A DNA stretch of 64,000 nt, taken from contig CAXYYO010000011.1 in the NCBI GenBank assembly GCA_964293305.1, positions 1-64,000 of the forward strand, read 5' to 3'. The notes beneath the pieces were generated by a model. The model searched no databases. It was not told where the DNA came from and saw only the letters and a list, made by a program, of their open reading frames with translations. Below, one piece after another: positions 27,629 through 37,797 of the stretch (its first letter is position 1; each line of letters opens with the position of its first letter). Source of the DNA: an uncultured bacterium. GTDB taxonomy: Bacteria; Bacteroidota; Bacteroidia; Chitinophagales; Chitinophagaceae. Made by a program: the position numbers and the translations under genes.

Positions 27629-28555
27629 ATGAAAGCAGTTGTATATAAATCAACAGGAAGTTGGTATGTGGTAAAAACGGAGGACACAAAATTTTTTAAG
27701 GCAAGGATTAAAGGTGTATTAAAATTGGATGCCATTACAAGTACAAATCCAATTGCTGTGGGTGACTGGGTAAATATAGAACCCGAAGATACTGCCGAAC
27801 AAACCATGATCATTACTGAAATTTTTGATCGGCATAACTATGTAGTAAGAAGTAGCCCCCAGCAGCATAGGGAGCGTCACATAGTGGCAAGCAATATAGA
27901 TCAGGCTTTATTAATTGCCACACTACGAGAACCCAAAACATCTACAGGATTCATAGATCGCTTTTTAATATCCTGCGAAGCAAGCCATATACCTGCACAA
28001 ATTATTCTGAATAAAATTGATGTGCAAAGAGAAAAAGAAAAACAACTTGCCACTTATATAAAATCTGTATATGAACCATTGGGCTATCCCGTTCATTTTG
28101 CCTCCTTTCAATTGAAGCAGGGTACTGAAAACTTACTGCATTTATTGCAAGATAAAACAACACTTTTAAGTGGTCCAAGCGGTGTGGGCAAATCAACATT
28201 TATTAACCTGATTTTGCCGGGCACATCTATTAGAACGATGGAAGTAAGCAATTGGAGTGGAAAAGGTATGCATACTACCACATTTGCCGAAATGTATGAC
28301 CTGCCAAGTGGAGGTAAAATCATTGACACACCCGGCCTTAGGGAGTTTGGTATTACAGATTTAGATAAGAGAGAACTGAGTCATTATTTTCCCGAAATGA
28401 GGTCAATACTTCAGAATTGCCAATTCAATAATTGTATCCATGTTAATGAGCCTGATTGTGCCATACAAAAAGCAGTTTATAGTAAAACAATTGCAGTAGA
28501 GCGGTATATTAGTTATCGCAATATTTTGGATTCAATGGAAGAAAAGAAATATTAA
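27629..28555 (+). CDS. rsgA: ribosome small subunit-dependent GTPase A (RsgA/YjeQ)
   Basis: The ORF has an N-terminal OB fold, a circularly permuted GTPase (NKIDV...LSGPSGVGKST...DTPG) and a C-terminal zinc finger CQFNNCIHVNEPDC. Confidence 0.9.
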   Translation: MKAVVYKSTGSWYVVKTEDTKFFKARIKGVLKLDAITSTNPIAVGDWVNIEPEDTAEQTMIITEIFDRHNYVVRSSPQQHRERHIVASNIDQALLIATLREPKTSTGFIDRFLISCEASHIPAQIILNKIDVQREKEKQLATYIKSVYEPLGYPVHFASFQLKQGTENLLHLLQDKTTLLSGPSGVGKSTFINLILPGTSIRTMEVSNWSGKGMHTTTFAEMYDLPSGGKIIDTPGLREFGITDLDKRELSHYFPEMRSILQNCQFNNCIHVNEPDCAIQKAVYSKTIAVERYISYRNILDSMEEKKY

Positions 28556-28571
28556 TTGATGATTCCAATAA

Positions 28572-31526
28572 CTATTCATCATTCGATTTATTAATATCCA
28601 CCTGCAATAAAAATTGGAACAAATCCTCTTTTGCGGGTATCTCCAATTTCTTTCTCAATCTGTACCTGCCAATTTCTACTCCCCGTACAGATATACTCAT
28701 AAGGTGGGCTATTTCTTTGGTAGATAAATTCATTCTTAAATAGGCACATAGTTTTAATTCATGGGCAGTAATGCCGGGGTATTTTTTCTTTAGGGTTAAT
28801 AAATAATCCCTATGCAATTTATTAAAAAGTAATGAGAATTGTTCCCATTCATCCCCTTCGTTTAACTGCTCTGCAAGGCTCCGCAATAGTTTATTGATAT
28901 CAGCAGTTTCTATACTTCCCAAACCTGATGCCTGTGGCTGTTTGAGTCTGTTTAATTCATCTTTAAACTTTACAAGAAATTCTTTTTTCTGTACTAAATT
29001 CATAGCAGTAGATGCCAACTCGGCATTCTTAAATTCAATTTCTGCTTCTAATTTCTCATTTCGTATGCGAATCATTTCTTTCTCAGATTGCTCCAATTCA
29101 AGTTGGTGCATAGTAGTAATCTGTTTTTGTTCTTCTTCATATTTTTTTCGCTGCGCAATCATTTTCAACTCCTGTTTACGCTTAAGCTTTGTCTCTCTCC
29201 ATTTCCAAAAATAATAAAGTGCAAAAATGAAAGCTAATACATATACAATCCATGCTAGCACGCTATCGTACCATGCAGGTGAGATTGTTATTGGATACAC
29301 AGCAATAGCAGATTCTGCACCCAGATTATTTCTGGCTTTCACCATAAATGAATAATCACCAGGTGGAATATTGGTATAATCTTTAAAAGTTGTTTTTGAC
29401 CAACCGCTCCAATCATCATCAAATCCTTCTAACTGAAAGCTATATTCCATATTGTCTGCAGTTTCAAACGCAGCAGATGCATATTCGAAATGAAATGAAT
29501 TCCATTTATATGATATTTTACTTTCAAGTATTTGCTTTGGATCATTGAGGTATTCGAAACCACTAAATAATAATGAATCTTTAATATTTTTTGCCACTGC
29601 TTTACTTATAAATACTTCTGGCTTGTATGCATTTGCAGTGTACTTTTCAAAATTGATATGAAAAAATCCGTCAGCGCTAGCTACAATAATATTTTTCCTG
29701 TTCATAGGGAAAATATTTTCAAAACCACTCAGTACTTTACCGGTAAGCTCAGAGATATAGACAATTTCATTTTTATCTTTCTCTACCATTCCCAATTGTT
29801 TTTCATGTACAAACCAAAGGTTTCCCTCTGCGTCCACATTGATATATCGAATGCTAATGTTTCCAAAAATCTTTTTAAAAAAGGGAGAAGCTTCAAATTT
29901 GTTTGTTGAAGTATTGTAAGTGTATATGCCTTCTGTGGTGGCTACCACTGTTTGATTGGCTATTGAGAAAACATGATTATCAAGATTAGATGGCAATCCA
30001 TTTTCAGCCGTATAAACTTTTACAGACTTATCAATTAAATTGATTTTAAACACACCTCTGTAAGGATGCGAAACCCAAACTGCATTTAATGTGGAATCAT
30101 AGACTACAAAGCGAGATGAAGCATTTACTTGAAGGGATGTAGCGGCCAATTGAAACCCATTATCACTTTCAGTAAAAAAGGAAATACCCTCATAATTACC
30201 ACCAACAATACTATAAGGCTCTGCATTTATCGTCATTGGCTTAACCATCCAATAGCCAGAATTTCCATCCAATTGAATTAAGCTATTATTTACAACTTCG
30301 TACAGTCCATTATCAGTACCTAAAAATAAATGATTCTTTATTGTATCCAAATGCCAGCTAAGGCCATCAGTAAGTTTTGTGGGTGATGCCGTATATTGGC
30401 TTATGTCATCATTGGCATTTACTGACAAATGATAAACCCCATTTGCTAGGGCAAAATATAATTGATTTTTGAAGCATGCACTCGAATATCCGGCCGCTCC
30501 ATTAAACACATTTGGGCTTATCTTTTTTACAGCATCATTCCAGCCTAAAAAAGAAATACCATTGTCTAAGGCAGCCCAAATATTTTGATGTCTATCTGCA
30601 AAAACATATTTTACATCATTACTCAATAAATTATTTCCTTTTGTGTAAGTGCCAACCACGTTGCCAGATTTATCTGCTTGTATAATGCCATTATCATAAG
30701 TGCCTACAAGAATGTTATCATTTGAAATTTCAATACTGCTTGTAAAATATTGATTATTACTTACACCATTTCCGTTTAGTAAAAATGGCACCAATGTAGA
30801 TTGTGAAAATAGGAAAAGCCCATTTTGTACAGTAGTAATAAGGCTACCTGCCAAGTAGGGAGTTATGCTGGTAATTTTAAAATTAGTGGGTAAGTTCTCC
30901 TTAGCATTTATTGTACTCCAACCACCACTACGAAATACAACTATGCCTTTTGATTTATCTTGTGCTATTACTTGATTGCCATCAATTCCTAAAAAATCCC
31001 ATCCTGCTGCACTAGTGTACACAGATACTTTGCCATCATGAAAATGAAATATTCTCGTGGTTGATCTAAAAAAAACTTCCTCATCTACAATGGCAATATT
31101 CCAGATATCTGCAAAATCAAGATCATTTTTAGGTATAAGTTTTAGGAGTGAAGTGTAAATTAACTGTCCCTGATTCCCTGGTTCAAAATAGCCAAGCTCA
31201 TCCTGCCCCCCGGCATATAATCTACCCTTCTTATCAAAGGCAATAAACCTAACAATTGTTTTGTTAGGAAGAGGAATTGTTTTCCAGGATACCCCATCAT
31301 ACACCAATACGCCTTCATTGTTGGCAAAATACATACGCCCCTTCTTGTCTTGGCAGGCTACCCAGTTTTGAGTACCTGCGTTGTAATCATATTTTGTATA
31401 ATGATTTGAGTTTATCGTTCCTAACAATGCTTGACTGCTTATTGAGGTATATAAAAGTAAAAAAAGAATTAAAAAAATGGATGAAAGCCATTTTTGAAAC
31501 CCGAATAAAAACAGTTTTATATGCAT
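28572..31526 (-). CDS. membrane-bound regulator with two periplasmic β-propellers, a Y_Y_Y domain, one TM helix and a LuxR-type HTH (Bacteroidota 'two-component regulator propeller' family)
   Basis: The 984-aa ORF has a signal peptide and a TM helix (AWIVYVLAFIFALYYFWKW) followed by a coiled coil. The C-terminal GerE/LuxR HTH reads ELKLCAYLRMNLSTKEIAHLMSISVRGVEIGRYRLRKKL. It is divergent from the β-glucan locus. Confidence 0.8.
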   Translation of the reverse strand: MHIKLFLFGFQKWLSSIFLILFLLLYTSISSQALLGTINSNHYTKYDYNAGTQNWVACQDKKGRMYFANNEGVLVYDGVSWKTIPLPNKTIVRFIAFDKKGRLYAGGQDELGYFEPGNQGQLIYTSLLKLIPKNDLDFADIWNIAIVDEEVFFRSTTRIFHFHDGKVSVYTSAAGWDFLGIDGNQVIAQDKSKGIVVFRSGGWSTINAKENLPTNFKITSITPYLAGSLITTVQNGLFLFSQSTLVPFLLNGNGVSNNQYFTSSIEISNDNILVGTYDNGIIQADKSGNVVGTYTKGNNLLSNDVKYVFADRHQNIWAALDNGISFLGWNDAVKKISPNVFNGAAGYSSACFKNQLYFALANGVYHLSVNANDDISQYTASPTKLTDGLSWHLDTIKNHLFLGTDNGLYEVVNNSLIQLDGNSGYWMVKPMTINAEPYSIVGGNYEGISFFTESDNGFQLAATSLQVNASSRFVVYDSTLNAVWVSHPYRGVFKINLIDKSVKVYTAENGLPSNLDNHVFSIANQTVVATTEGIYTYNTSTNKFEASPFFKKIFGNISIRYINVDAEGNLWFVHEKQLGMVEKDKNEIVYISELTGKVLSGFENIFPMNRKNIIVASADGFFHINFEKYTANAYKPEVFISKAVAKNIKDSLLFSGFEYLNDPKQILESKISYKWNSFHFEYASAAFETADNMEYSFQLEGFDDDWSGWSKTTFKDYTNIPPGDYSFMVKARNNLGAESAIAVYPITISPAWYDSVLAWIVYVLAFIFALYYFWKWRETKLKRKQELKMIAQRKKYEEEQKQITTMHQLELEQSEKEMIRIRNEKLEAEIEFKNAELASTAMNLVQKKEFLVKFKDELNRLKQPQASGLGSIETADINKLLRSLAEQLNEGDEWEQFSLLFNKLHRDYLLTLKKKYPGITAHELKLCAYLRMNLSTKEIAHLMSISVRGVEIGRYRLRKKLEIPAKEDLFQFLLQVDINKSNDE

Positions 31527-31806
31527 GATGTACCCATGATGTAGTTGAAATTGGTCAAAAATAAGGGCATTAGTTAAATGTTGTAGATGGGTTGTAGCCT
31601 ATTTTTTGGTAGTAGCATACGTTGAATTTTAAGTTTGCAGCCTAATATTATTTAAAATATTAAACAAACGATTGCAGCATTTCCTACACGGTTACTTTCA
31701 CAACATCAATATGGCAGCTATACATATTGATGGATAATGTAAAGTCCAATTGTCATGCTTGTTGTATGTTTTAGATAAAACTAAATTATTAAAAATTACT
31801 CCTTTT

Positions 31807-34800
31807 ATGAAGAAGATTTCGACGCTTGTTTGTCTCCTAGTATGTACTCAAATGCTATTTGCTCAGCAAGATATTATTACTGTCAAACATGGTGCCGATG
31901 GCCACCGATTAACAGTAAATGGAAAAGATTTTATTGTTAATGGTATGAACTGGGATTATTTTCCAATTGGTACTAACTTCACCTATAGTCTTTGGAATCA
32001 ACCTGCAGATATCATCAAAGCTGCTTTAGATTATGAAATGCCCTTGCTAAAAAATATGGGTATAAATACTATTCGTCAATATACAGGAGTACCAGCAAAG
32101 TGGATTAAATATATATATGAAGAATATGGAATTTATACAATGCTCAATCACAGTTTTGGAAGATATGGTCTTACTCTAAGCGGAGCTTGGTTTCCAAATA
32201 CAAACTACTCTGATCCAAGAGTAAGTGAATTATTAATTAAAGAAGTAAAAGCAATGACTGAGGAATATAAAAATACTCCTGGTTTATTATTATTTCTATT
32301 GGGCAATGAAAATAACTATGGTCTTTTTTGGAGAGGGGCTGAAACAGAAGATATGCCGCAGGAAGACAGGCAATCTACAAAAGATGCCTTCTATCTATAT
32401 AAACTATTTAACGATGCCGTTAAGGAAATGAAATCTATCGACAAAAACCATCCAATGGCTATTTGTAATGGAGATTTACTCTTCTCAGAAATTATAGCAA
32501 AAGAGTGTACTGACATTGATATACTTGGTATTAACTCATATAGAGGAATCAGTTTTACAGATTTATACCAAAAGGCAGCAAAAACAATCAACAAACCTGT
32601 TGTATTAACTGAGTTTGGCGCAGATGCCTACAATGCACAAGGCAATAGCGAAGACCAAGAATACCAAGCAAAAGTTTTGGTGAAAAACTGGAAAGAAATA
32701 TATGCTAATGTGGCCGGTATGGGAAATGCCGGAAACAGTATTGGAGGATTTACCTTTCAGTTTAGCGATGGCTGGTGGAAAACAGGACAAACTGTAAACT
32801 TAGATGAGCATGATCCAGCAGCTTCTTGGTCAAATGGTGGATATCAAAATGACTTTGTAAAAGGTGAAAACAATATGAATGAGGAGTGGTTTGGTATCTG
32901 TGCAAAAGGACCAAACAACGAAAGAGGTATATATCAATTATATCCTCGTGCTGCATATTATGCATTGAAAGAATTACATGAGTTTAATCCATACAGTGAT
33001 GCTGCAAAAACGCAGATTAATGTCATTGATAATATACAAATTACTGATGCAGCTTTAAGAGCCAGAGGTGATAAAGCAGCTCTAGATGCAGAACAAAAAA
33101 GTAAAGTCTATTTAAGTGATTTGCAAGCAAATTTTACAACTTATAACACAGGCGGTTCTTTGATTTCAACACCAAAGGAAGCTGACCCTGCAAACAACGG
33201 TTATCCAAACCGTTTGGGCTTTGACCATATGCAGTCATTCAATATTGGTATTACAGCCAAACCTGCTCCAAACATGACAGCTAATGTACAGTTTAATGTA
33301 TTGGGAAATGTAGCTGAAAATCCAATAGATGAAGTATTTTATGAGAATAGAGGAAGAAGAATAACAGTAAGTACTCCAACTGGCCCTCAACAAATAAATT
33401 CTAACAATAGGGTGCAGTTATATAGAGCAAGTTATACTTGGGATACCAAGTATTTTAACGTAAATGGTTTTTATCGTACCGGTCATTATCATTGGGGATA
33501 TGAAGGGGATTTCTTTGGTCTTTATCCGGAAGCAAACTACGGACCAAATATTGATATATATAATGGCGATGCCCCTTCTGGTTTTGAAATAAAAGGCAAG
33601 AAATTTTTAGACGGTTTTAAATTAGCTTTTGGACCTGAATTGTGGTGGGGAGCAAACCCGGCAGTATTATTGAAATATTCCAAAAAACTGGCTGGATTTC
33701 AGGTGTCAACAGTTTTTCATGAAGACCTTACTCAGCGTTCTGGCATTCAAAGTTCCATAGCAATACCGCAACCCAAAACAAGAAGACTTTCTCTGGCTAT
33801 CGAAAGAAAAGCAGGTAAAGTTGGTGTATCAGTTGGTGGCTTATGGGCAGGCCAACCATTGAATGGCCGCACTTTCCAAGTGGTAAGAGGCACAAAAGAT
33901 AATTATGAAATATTTCAAGACCAGATAAAAGCAGAGGATAATTTTGGTGGTAAGGTAAAATTGACCTACGAAGGTGGAGTTTTCAAATGGTATGCATCAG
34001 GAGCTGCAATGGGTTTAGTAGCAAATGGTGGTTATGATAATACAAAAACATATACCGGATGGAGATTGAAAGATAATGGAAGCGGAAATATGTATAATTT
34101 CCTTTCTGGCTTTACAGTTAATGTGGGTAAAATTCAAATAGCTCCAAATTTCTTATGGCAGAAACCAATTGAAGGACCTATTCCAACAGACGTGCCTGCT
34201 CCGGGTCGTGCAAGAAATATTCAAGATGATCCTTTTTCTGTAAGAATAAATAGAGAAACAGTAGCTGGAGAACTATTATTGACTTATGATCCAACCCCTG
34301 GTACTTGGATGTATGAATGGGATAATGACAGAGCAGAAGATGCAAAATTTGCTATGAGTCTTGACTTTGTATATAGACATTTACCAACTACTCAAGATGC
34401 TGCTATTGGTATTCTTGCAAATGGACGTACCACATTCGCATTTCCCGGTGCTGCACCGGCTTTAGACCTTTGGGAAACAAACCTGAGAATGGTATCTAAA
34501 ATAAATCCCGAATTTGGTATAATAGGGAATATTTATGTAGGAAATGGTCAAGCAAATGGTAGCAATGCCAGAACCATTGATAGGTTTGGTGGAGACATTA
34601 GAACTATTTATAAAAAAGTAAAATTAATGGGTGTAGCAAAGTTCAATGATTGGGGCCCTTTTGACTATCATAGGGACTTTAACCTTACATTCCCATTACA
34701 GCTAATGTTAGATTTATCTACCGAATTGGGCAAGCCAGATTGGTTTCTTTTACCAGGCACTCGCCTAGGAGTAAGAGGTACATACAGAACACTTGATAAA

Positions 34801-34935
34801 TATTCACCACGATACGCACCTACATACACAGTAGGCCCAGACGGAAACCCTGTACCAGATCCAAATGCAATAGGCTACCCCAATGGCAATGAGTGGGAAA
34901 TAAGGACTTACATACAAATAAACATAGGCAAATAA
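31807..34935 (+). CDS. secreted clan GH-A (GH5-like, TIM-barrel) glycoside hydrolase domain fused to a ~640-aa C-terminal β-strand-rich, porin-like region
   Basis: The start is at the internal Met (MKKISTLVCLLVCTQMLFAQ signal). The catalytic-acid motif is LLFLLGNENNYG and the nucleophile motif is VVLTEFGADAY. The C-terminal half is Gly/Asn/Tyr-rich with alternating amphipathic strands (KVKLTYEGGVFKWYASG, RLSLAIERKAGKVGVSVGG). Confidence 0.6.
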   Translation: MKKISTLVCLLVCTQMLFAQQDIITVKHGADGHRLTVNGKDFIVNGMNWDYFPIGTNFTYSLWNQPADIIKAALDYEMPLLKNMGINTIRQYTGVPAKWIKYIYEEYGIYTMLNHSFGRYGLTLSGAWFPNTNYSDPRVSELLIKEVKAMTEEYKNTPGLLLFLLGNENNYGLFWRGAETEDMPQEDRQSTKDAFYLYKLFNDAVKEMKSIDKNHPMAICNGDLLFSEIIAKECTDIDILGINSYRGISFTDLYQKAAKTINKPVVLTEFGADAYNAQGNSEDQEYQAKVLVKNWKEIYANVAGMGNAGNSIGGFTFQFSDGWWKTGQTVNLDEHDPAASWSNGGYQNDFVKGENNMNEEWFGICAKGPNNERGIYQLYPRAAYYALKELHEFNPYSDAAKTQINVIDNIQITDAALRARGDKAALDAEQKSKVYLSDLQANFTTYNTGGSLISTPKEADPANNGYPNRLGFDHMQSFNIGITAKPAPNMTANVQFNVLGNVAENPIDEVFYENRGRRITVSTPTGPQQINSNNRVQLYRASYTWDTKYFNVNGFYRTGHYHWGYEGDFFGLYPEANYGPNIDIYNGDAPSGFEIKGKKFLDGFKLAFGPELWWGANPAVLLKYSKKLAGFQVSTVFHEDLTQRSGIQSSIAIPQPKTRRLSLAIERKAGKVGVSVGGLWAGQPLNGRTFQVVRGTKDNYEIFQDQIKAEDNFGGKVKLTYEGGVFKWYASGAAMGLVANGGYDNTKTYTGWRLKDNGSGNMYNFLSGFTVNVGKIQIAPNFLWQKPIEGPIPTDVPAPGRARNIQDDPFSVRINRETVAGELLLTYDPTPGTWMYEWDNDRAEDAKFAMSLDFVYRHLPTTQDAAIGILANGRTTFAFPGAAPALDLWETNLRMVSKINPEFGIIGNIYVGNGQANGSNARTIDRFGGDIRTIYKKVKLMGVAKFNDWGPFDYHRDFNLTFPLQLMLDLSTELGKPDWFLLPGTRLGVRGTYRTLDKYSPRYAPTYTVGPDGNPVPDPNAIGYPNGNEWEIRTYIQINIGK

Positions 34936-34942
34936 TTTCTAT

Positions 34943-36805
34943 ATGAAAAAGAACATAAATAAACATTTCATCGTATTAGCACTGCTAGCTCTGACCATAG
35001 GATGTAAAAGAGAGCTGTCCGACTTAGAATCTGCAGCATATCCAACAACATCCGCAGTTTTCTTGGACGATTTTACCGGAGACCTTATCTATGCTGCATT
35101 TGGTGGCTCAGATGTAAGAGCATTTCAAGTAGTAAAAGAAGATACTTATGGCGGTTCTGCTGCCGCAATGCGTTTTGATGTGCCGGATGAAAATAGCCCA
35201 AAAGGCGCATTTGCAGGAGGTGCATTCTTTAGCAGAACAGGAAGGGACCTCACGGGATACAATGCACTTACATTTTATGTAAGAGCATCACAACCGGTAA
35301 ATATTGGTGTAGTTGGATTTGGTAATGATTTTGGCGAATCAAAATATGTAACTTCCATTAGTGGGGTACCTGCAAATACAAACTGGCAGAAGGTAATTAT
35401 TCCAATTCCAGACGCTTCAAAACTTTCTGCGGAAAGAGGTTTGTTTTATATTTCAGCAGGTGCATTAAATGGAAGAGGTTATACCATTTGGGTGGATGAA
35501 TTACAATTTGAAAACCTTTCAAATCTTTCACCTGTTACAGGTCTGATTGCATTGGGTAAGGATAGTGTAATAAATGGTGCAGAAAATGAAAGCACATATA
35601 GCACTGGCGCTTTTCAAGCAAGCGCTAATTTACCTTCAGGTATCAACCAAGTTGTAAATACTACCGCAAATTTTTTCACTCTAATTGCTTCAAACTCAAG
35701 TGTAGCAAGTGTAACAGAGAACGGTATAATTACAGTACTTGATTCAGGTCAATCCATCATCACTGCAAAACTTGGTGATCAAGACGCAAAAGGTAGCATT
35801 ACTATCAATGGTGTTGGTGCGGGAATAAAGCCTGCCACAATTGCTCCTGTGCCTTCTTATGATCCGGCAAATGTCATATCAATGTATTCAAATGTTTATC
35901 CAAATGAACCGATAGATACTTGGAATACAAGATGGTTGTATTCTACTGCTGAAAATGATTTCATCAGCCTATATGGTGATGATGTAATCAAATACAGAAG
36001 TTTGAATTTTGTAGGTATAGAATTTACATCCCAACCAATAGATGCTACTGAAATGACAAATTTCCGTATGAATATATGGACACCAGACCCTACTAATTTA
36101 CCAAATAATTTTAAAGTATTGTTAGTTGATTTTGGTGCAAATGGTGTGTTTGGCGGAGGTGATGATGCATCCTCGGAGCTTACATTTACAAGTCCTCTAT
36201 TAGTAACAAATAATTGGGTTACTATTGATGTGCCATTAAGTAGTTTTACTACATTAACTACAAGAGCACATTTAGCACAGTTAGTACTTTCAGGTACTTT
36301 ACCAAACGTTTTTGTAGACAACGTATTGTTCCATAAAATTTCATCAGAACCTACAGTTGCTGCACCTGTTCCAACTTATAATTCAGCAGACCTATTATCC
36401 ATTTTAAGTGATAGTTATACAAATCTGGCTGGAACAGATTTCAATCCAAATTGGGGTCAGGCTACTGTAGTTTCTCAAAAACCTATTGCAGGAAATAATA
36501 CACTTGTATATAAAGGATTAAACTATCAAGGTACACAGTTTGCCTCTGCACAAAATGTATCCGATAAAACATATCTGCACCTTGACTATTATACTACAAA
36601 TTCAACCAGTTTGAAAGTATATTTGATTAGTGCAGGTCCTGCGGAAAAACCCTATACACTCACAGTGCCATCAGGGTCTGGATGGAGAAGCGTTGATATA
36701 CCGTTATCATCATTTGCACCCACCGTGGATTTAACCAAGGTGATACAGATGAAATTTGATGGCAATGGAGATATTTACCTAGACAATATCTTATTTAGAA
36801 AATAA
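34943..36805 (+). CDS. surface lipoprotein with an N-terminal β-sandwich domain, a Big_2-like Ig domain and two CBM-like repeats (candidate surface glycan-binding protein)
   Basis: It has a lipoprotein signal ending in a Cys (LALLALTIGCKRE). Two internal repeats share ...Y(D/N)xA(N/D)(V/L)(I/L)S(M/I)(Y/L)S(N/D)xY...W...IEF(T)...(M/H)...W. It is homologous to 49810-52158 throughout. Confidence 0.65.
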   Translation: MKKNINKHFIVLALLALTIGCKRELSDLESAAYPTTSAVFLDDFTGDLIYAAFGGSDVRAFQVVKEDTYGGSAAAMRFDVPDENSPKGAFAGGAFFSRTGRDLTGYNALTFYVRASQPVNIGVVGFGNDFGESKYVTSISGVPANTNWQKVIIPIPDASKLSAERGLFYISAGALNGRGYTIWVDELQFENLSNLSPVTGLIALGKDSVINGAENESTYSTGAFQASANLPSGINQVVNTTANFFTLIASNSSVASVTENGIITVLDSGQSIITAKLGDQDAKGSITINGVGAGIKPATIAPVPSYDPANVISMYSNVYPNEPIDTWNTRWLYSTAENDFISLYGDDVIKYRSLNFVGIEFTSQPIDATEMTNFRMNIWTPDPTNLPNNFKVLLVDFGANGVFGGGDDASSELTFTSPLLVTNNWVTIDVPLSSFTTLTTRAHLAQLVLSGTLPNVFVDNVLFHKISSEPTVAAPVPTYNSADLLSILSDSYTNLAGTDFNPNWGQATVVSQKPIAGNNTLVYKGLNYQGTQFASAQNVSDKTYLHLDYYTTNSTSLKVYLISAGPAEKPYTLTVPSGSGWRSVDIPLSSFAPTVDLTKVIQMKFDGNGDIYLDNILFRK

Positions 36806-36832
36806 TTTTCATCATAGCAAATAATCATTCAA

Positions 36833-37675
36833 ATGAAAGCAATTTATAAAATTTTTAATCGTACACATGCACTACAATATACATTATTGTTTGCATTAGT
36901 TGGCTTATTTTCAAACTGTAAAAAAGAAAGCAAACAAACATTACTTGAAAGATCATACAAATTAGTGTGGAGTGATGATTTTGATGGAATAGCTGGCACG
37001 GCCCCTGATGGTGCAAAATGGACTTATGATATCGGTGCAGGGGGTTGGGGAAATCAAGAGTTACAGTATTATAGTAATAGTACAGAAAACGTATCTCATG
37101 ATGGATTTGGCAACTTACTTATAACAGCTACAAACAAAGGTACTGGTGGTGCTCCATTCACTTCTGGGCGAATAAAAACACAAGGTTTGTTTGGCCAAGC
37201 TTATGGAAGAATTGAGGCAAGATTAAAAACTCCGTCTGGCCCAGGTATTTGGCCTGCTTTCTGGATGCTTGGTGAAGATATCACAACAAATCCATGGCCG
37301 GCATGTGGGGAAATAGATATCATGGAATTAAGGGGTCAAGAGCCATATATCATAAATGGTACTTTACATGGTCCCGGCTATTCTGGTGGCAATTCTGTAA
37401 CAAAAACATATACACTTACAGAAGGCAGATTTGATACAGACTATCACATTTATGCCGTAGAATGGGGCACAGACTATATTGATTTCTTTGTGGATGATTA
37501 TTTATATAATCGTCTTACCCCAGCTGATCTTGCAGGTGAGTGGGTGTATAATAAACCATTCTTTTTAATTTTAAATATAGCAGTGGGCGGTACTTATGTT
37601 GGCTTCCCCACTTCAGGCACATCATTCCCTCAATCTATGGTTATAGACTATGTAAGGGTTTATGATGAACAATAA
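36833..37675 (+). CDS. GH16 family β-glucanase (laminarinase-like) lipoprotein
   Basis: It has the GH16 catalytic motif E-I-D-I-M-E (CGEIDIMELRG) and a lipoprotein signal (LFALVGLFSNCKKE). Confidence 0.85.
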   Translation: MKAIYKIFNRTHALQYTLLFALVGLFSNCKKESKQTLLERSYKLVWSDDFDGIAGTAPDGAKWTYDIGAGGWGNQELQYYSNSTENVSHDGFGNLLITATNKGTGGAPFTSGRIKTQGLFGQAYGRIEARLKTPSGPGIWPAFWMLGEDITTNPWPACGEIDIMELRGQEPYIINGTLHGPGYSGGNSVTKTYTLTEGRFDTDYHIYAVEWGTDYIDFFVDDYLYNRLTPADLAGEWVYNKPFFLILNIAVGGTYVGFPTSGTSFPQSMVIDYVRVYDEQ

Positions 37676-37797
37676 ATCCTGTTAAAAACTTTAGGAGTTG
37701 ATAAGATACTTTTCAACTCCTTTTTTATGAATTAATTTTTCAACCCTATTCTCTTAACTATCTCTTCTCTAACAAAAATTACACTGACGAATATTAA

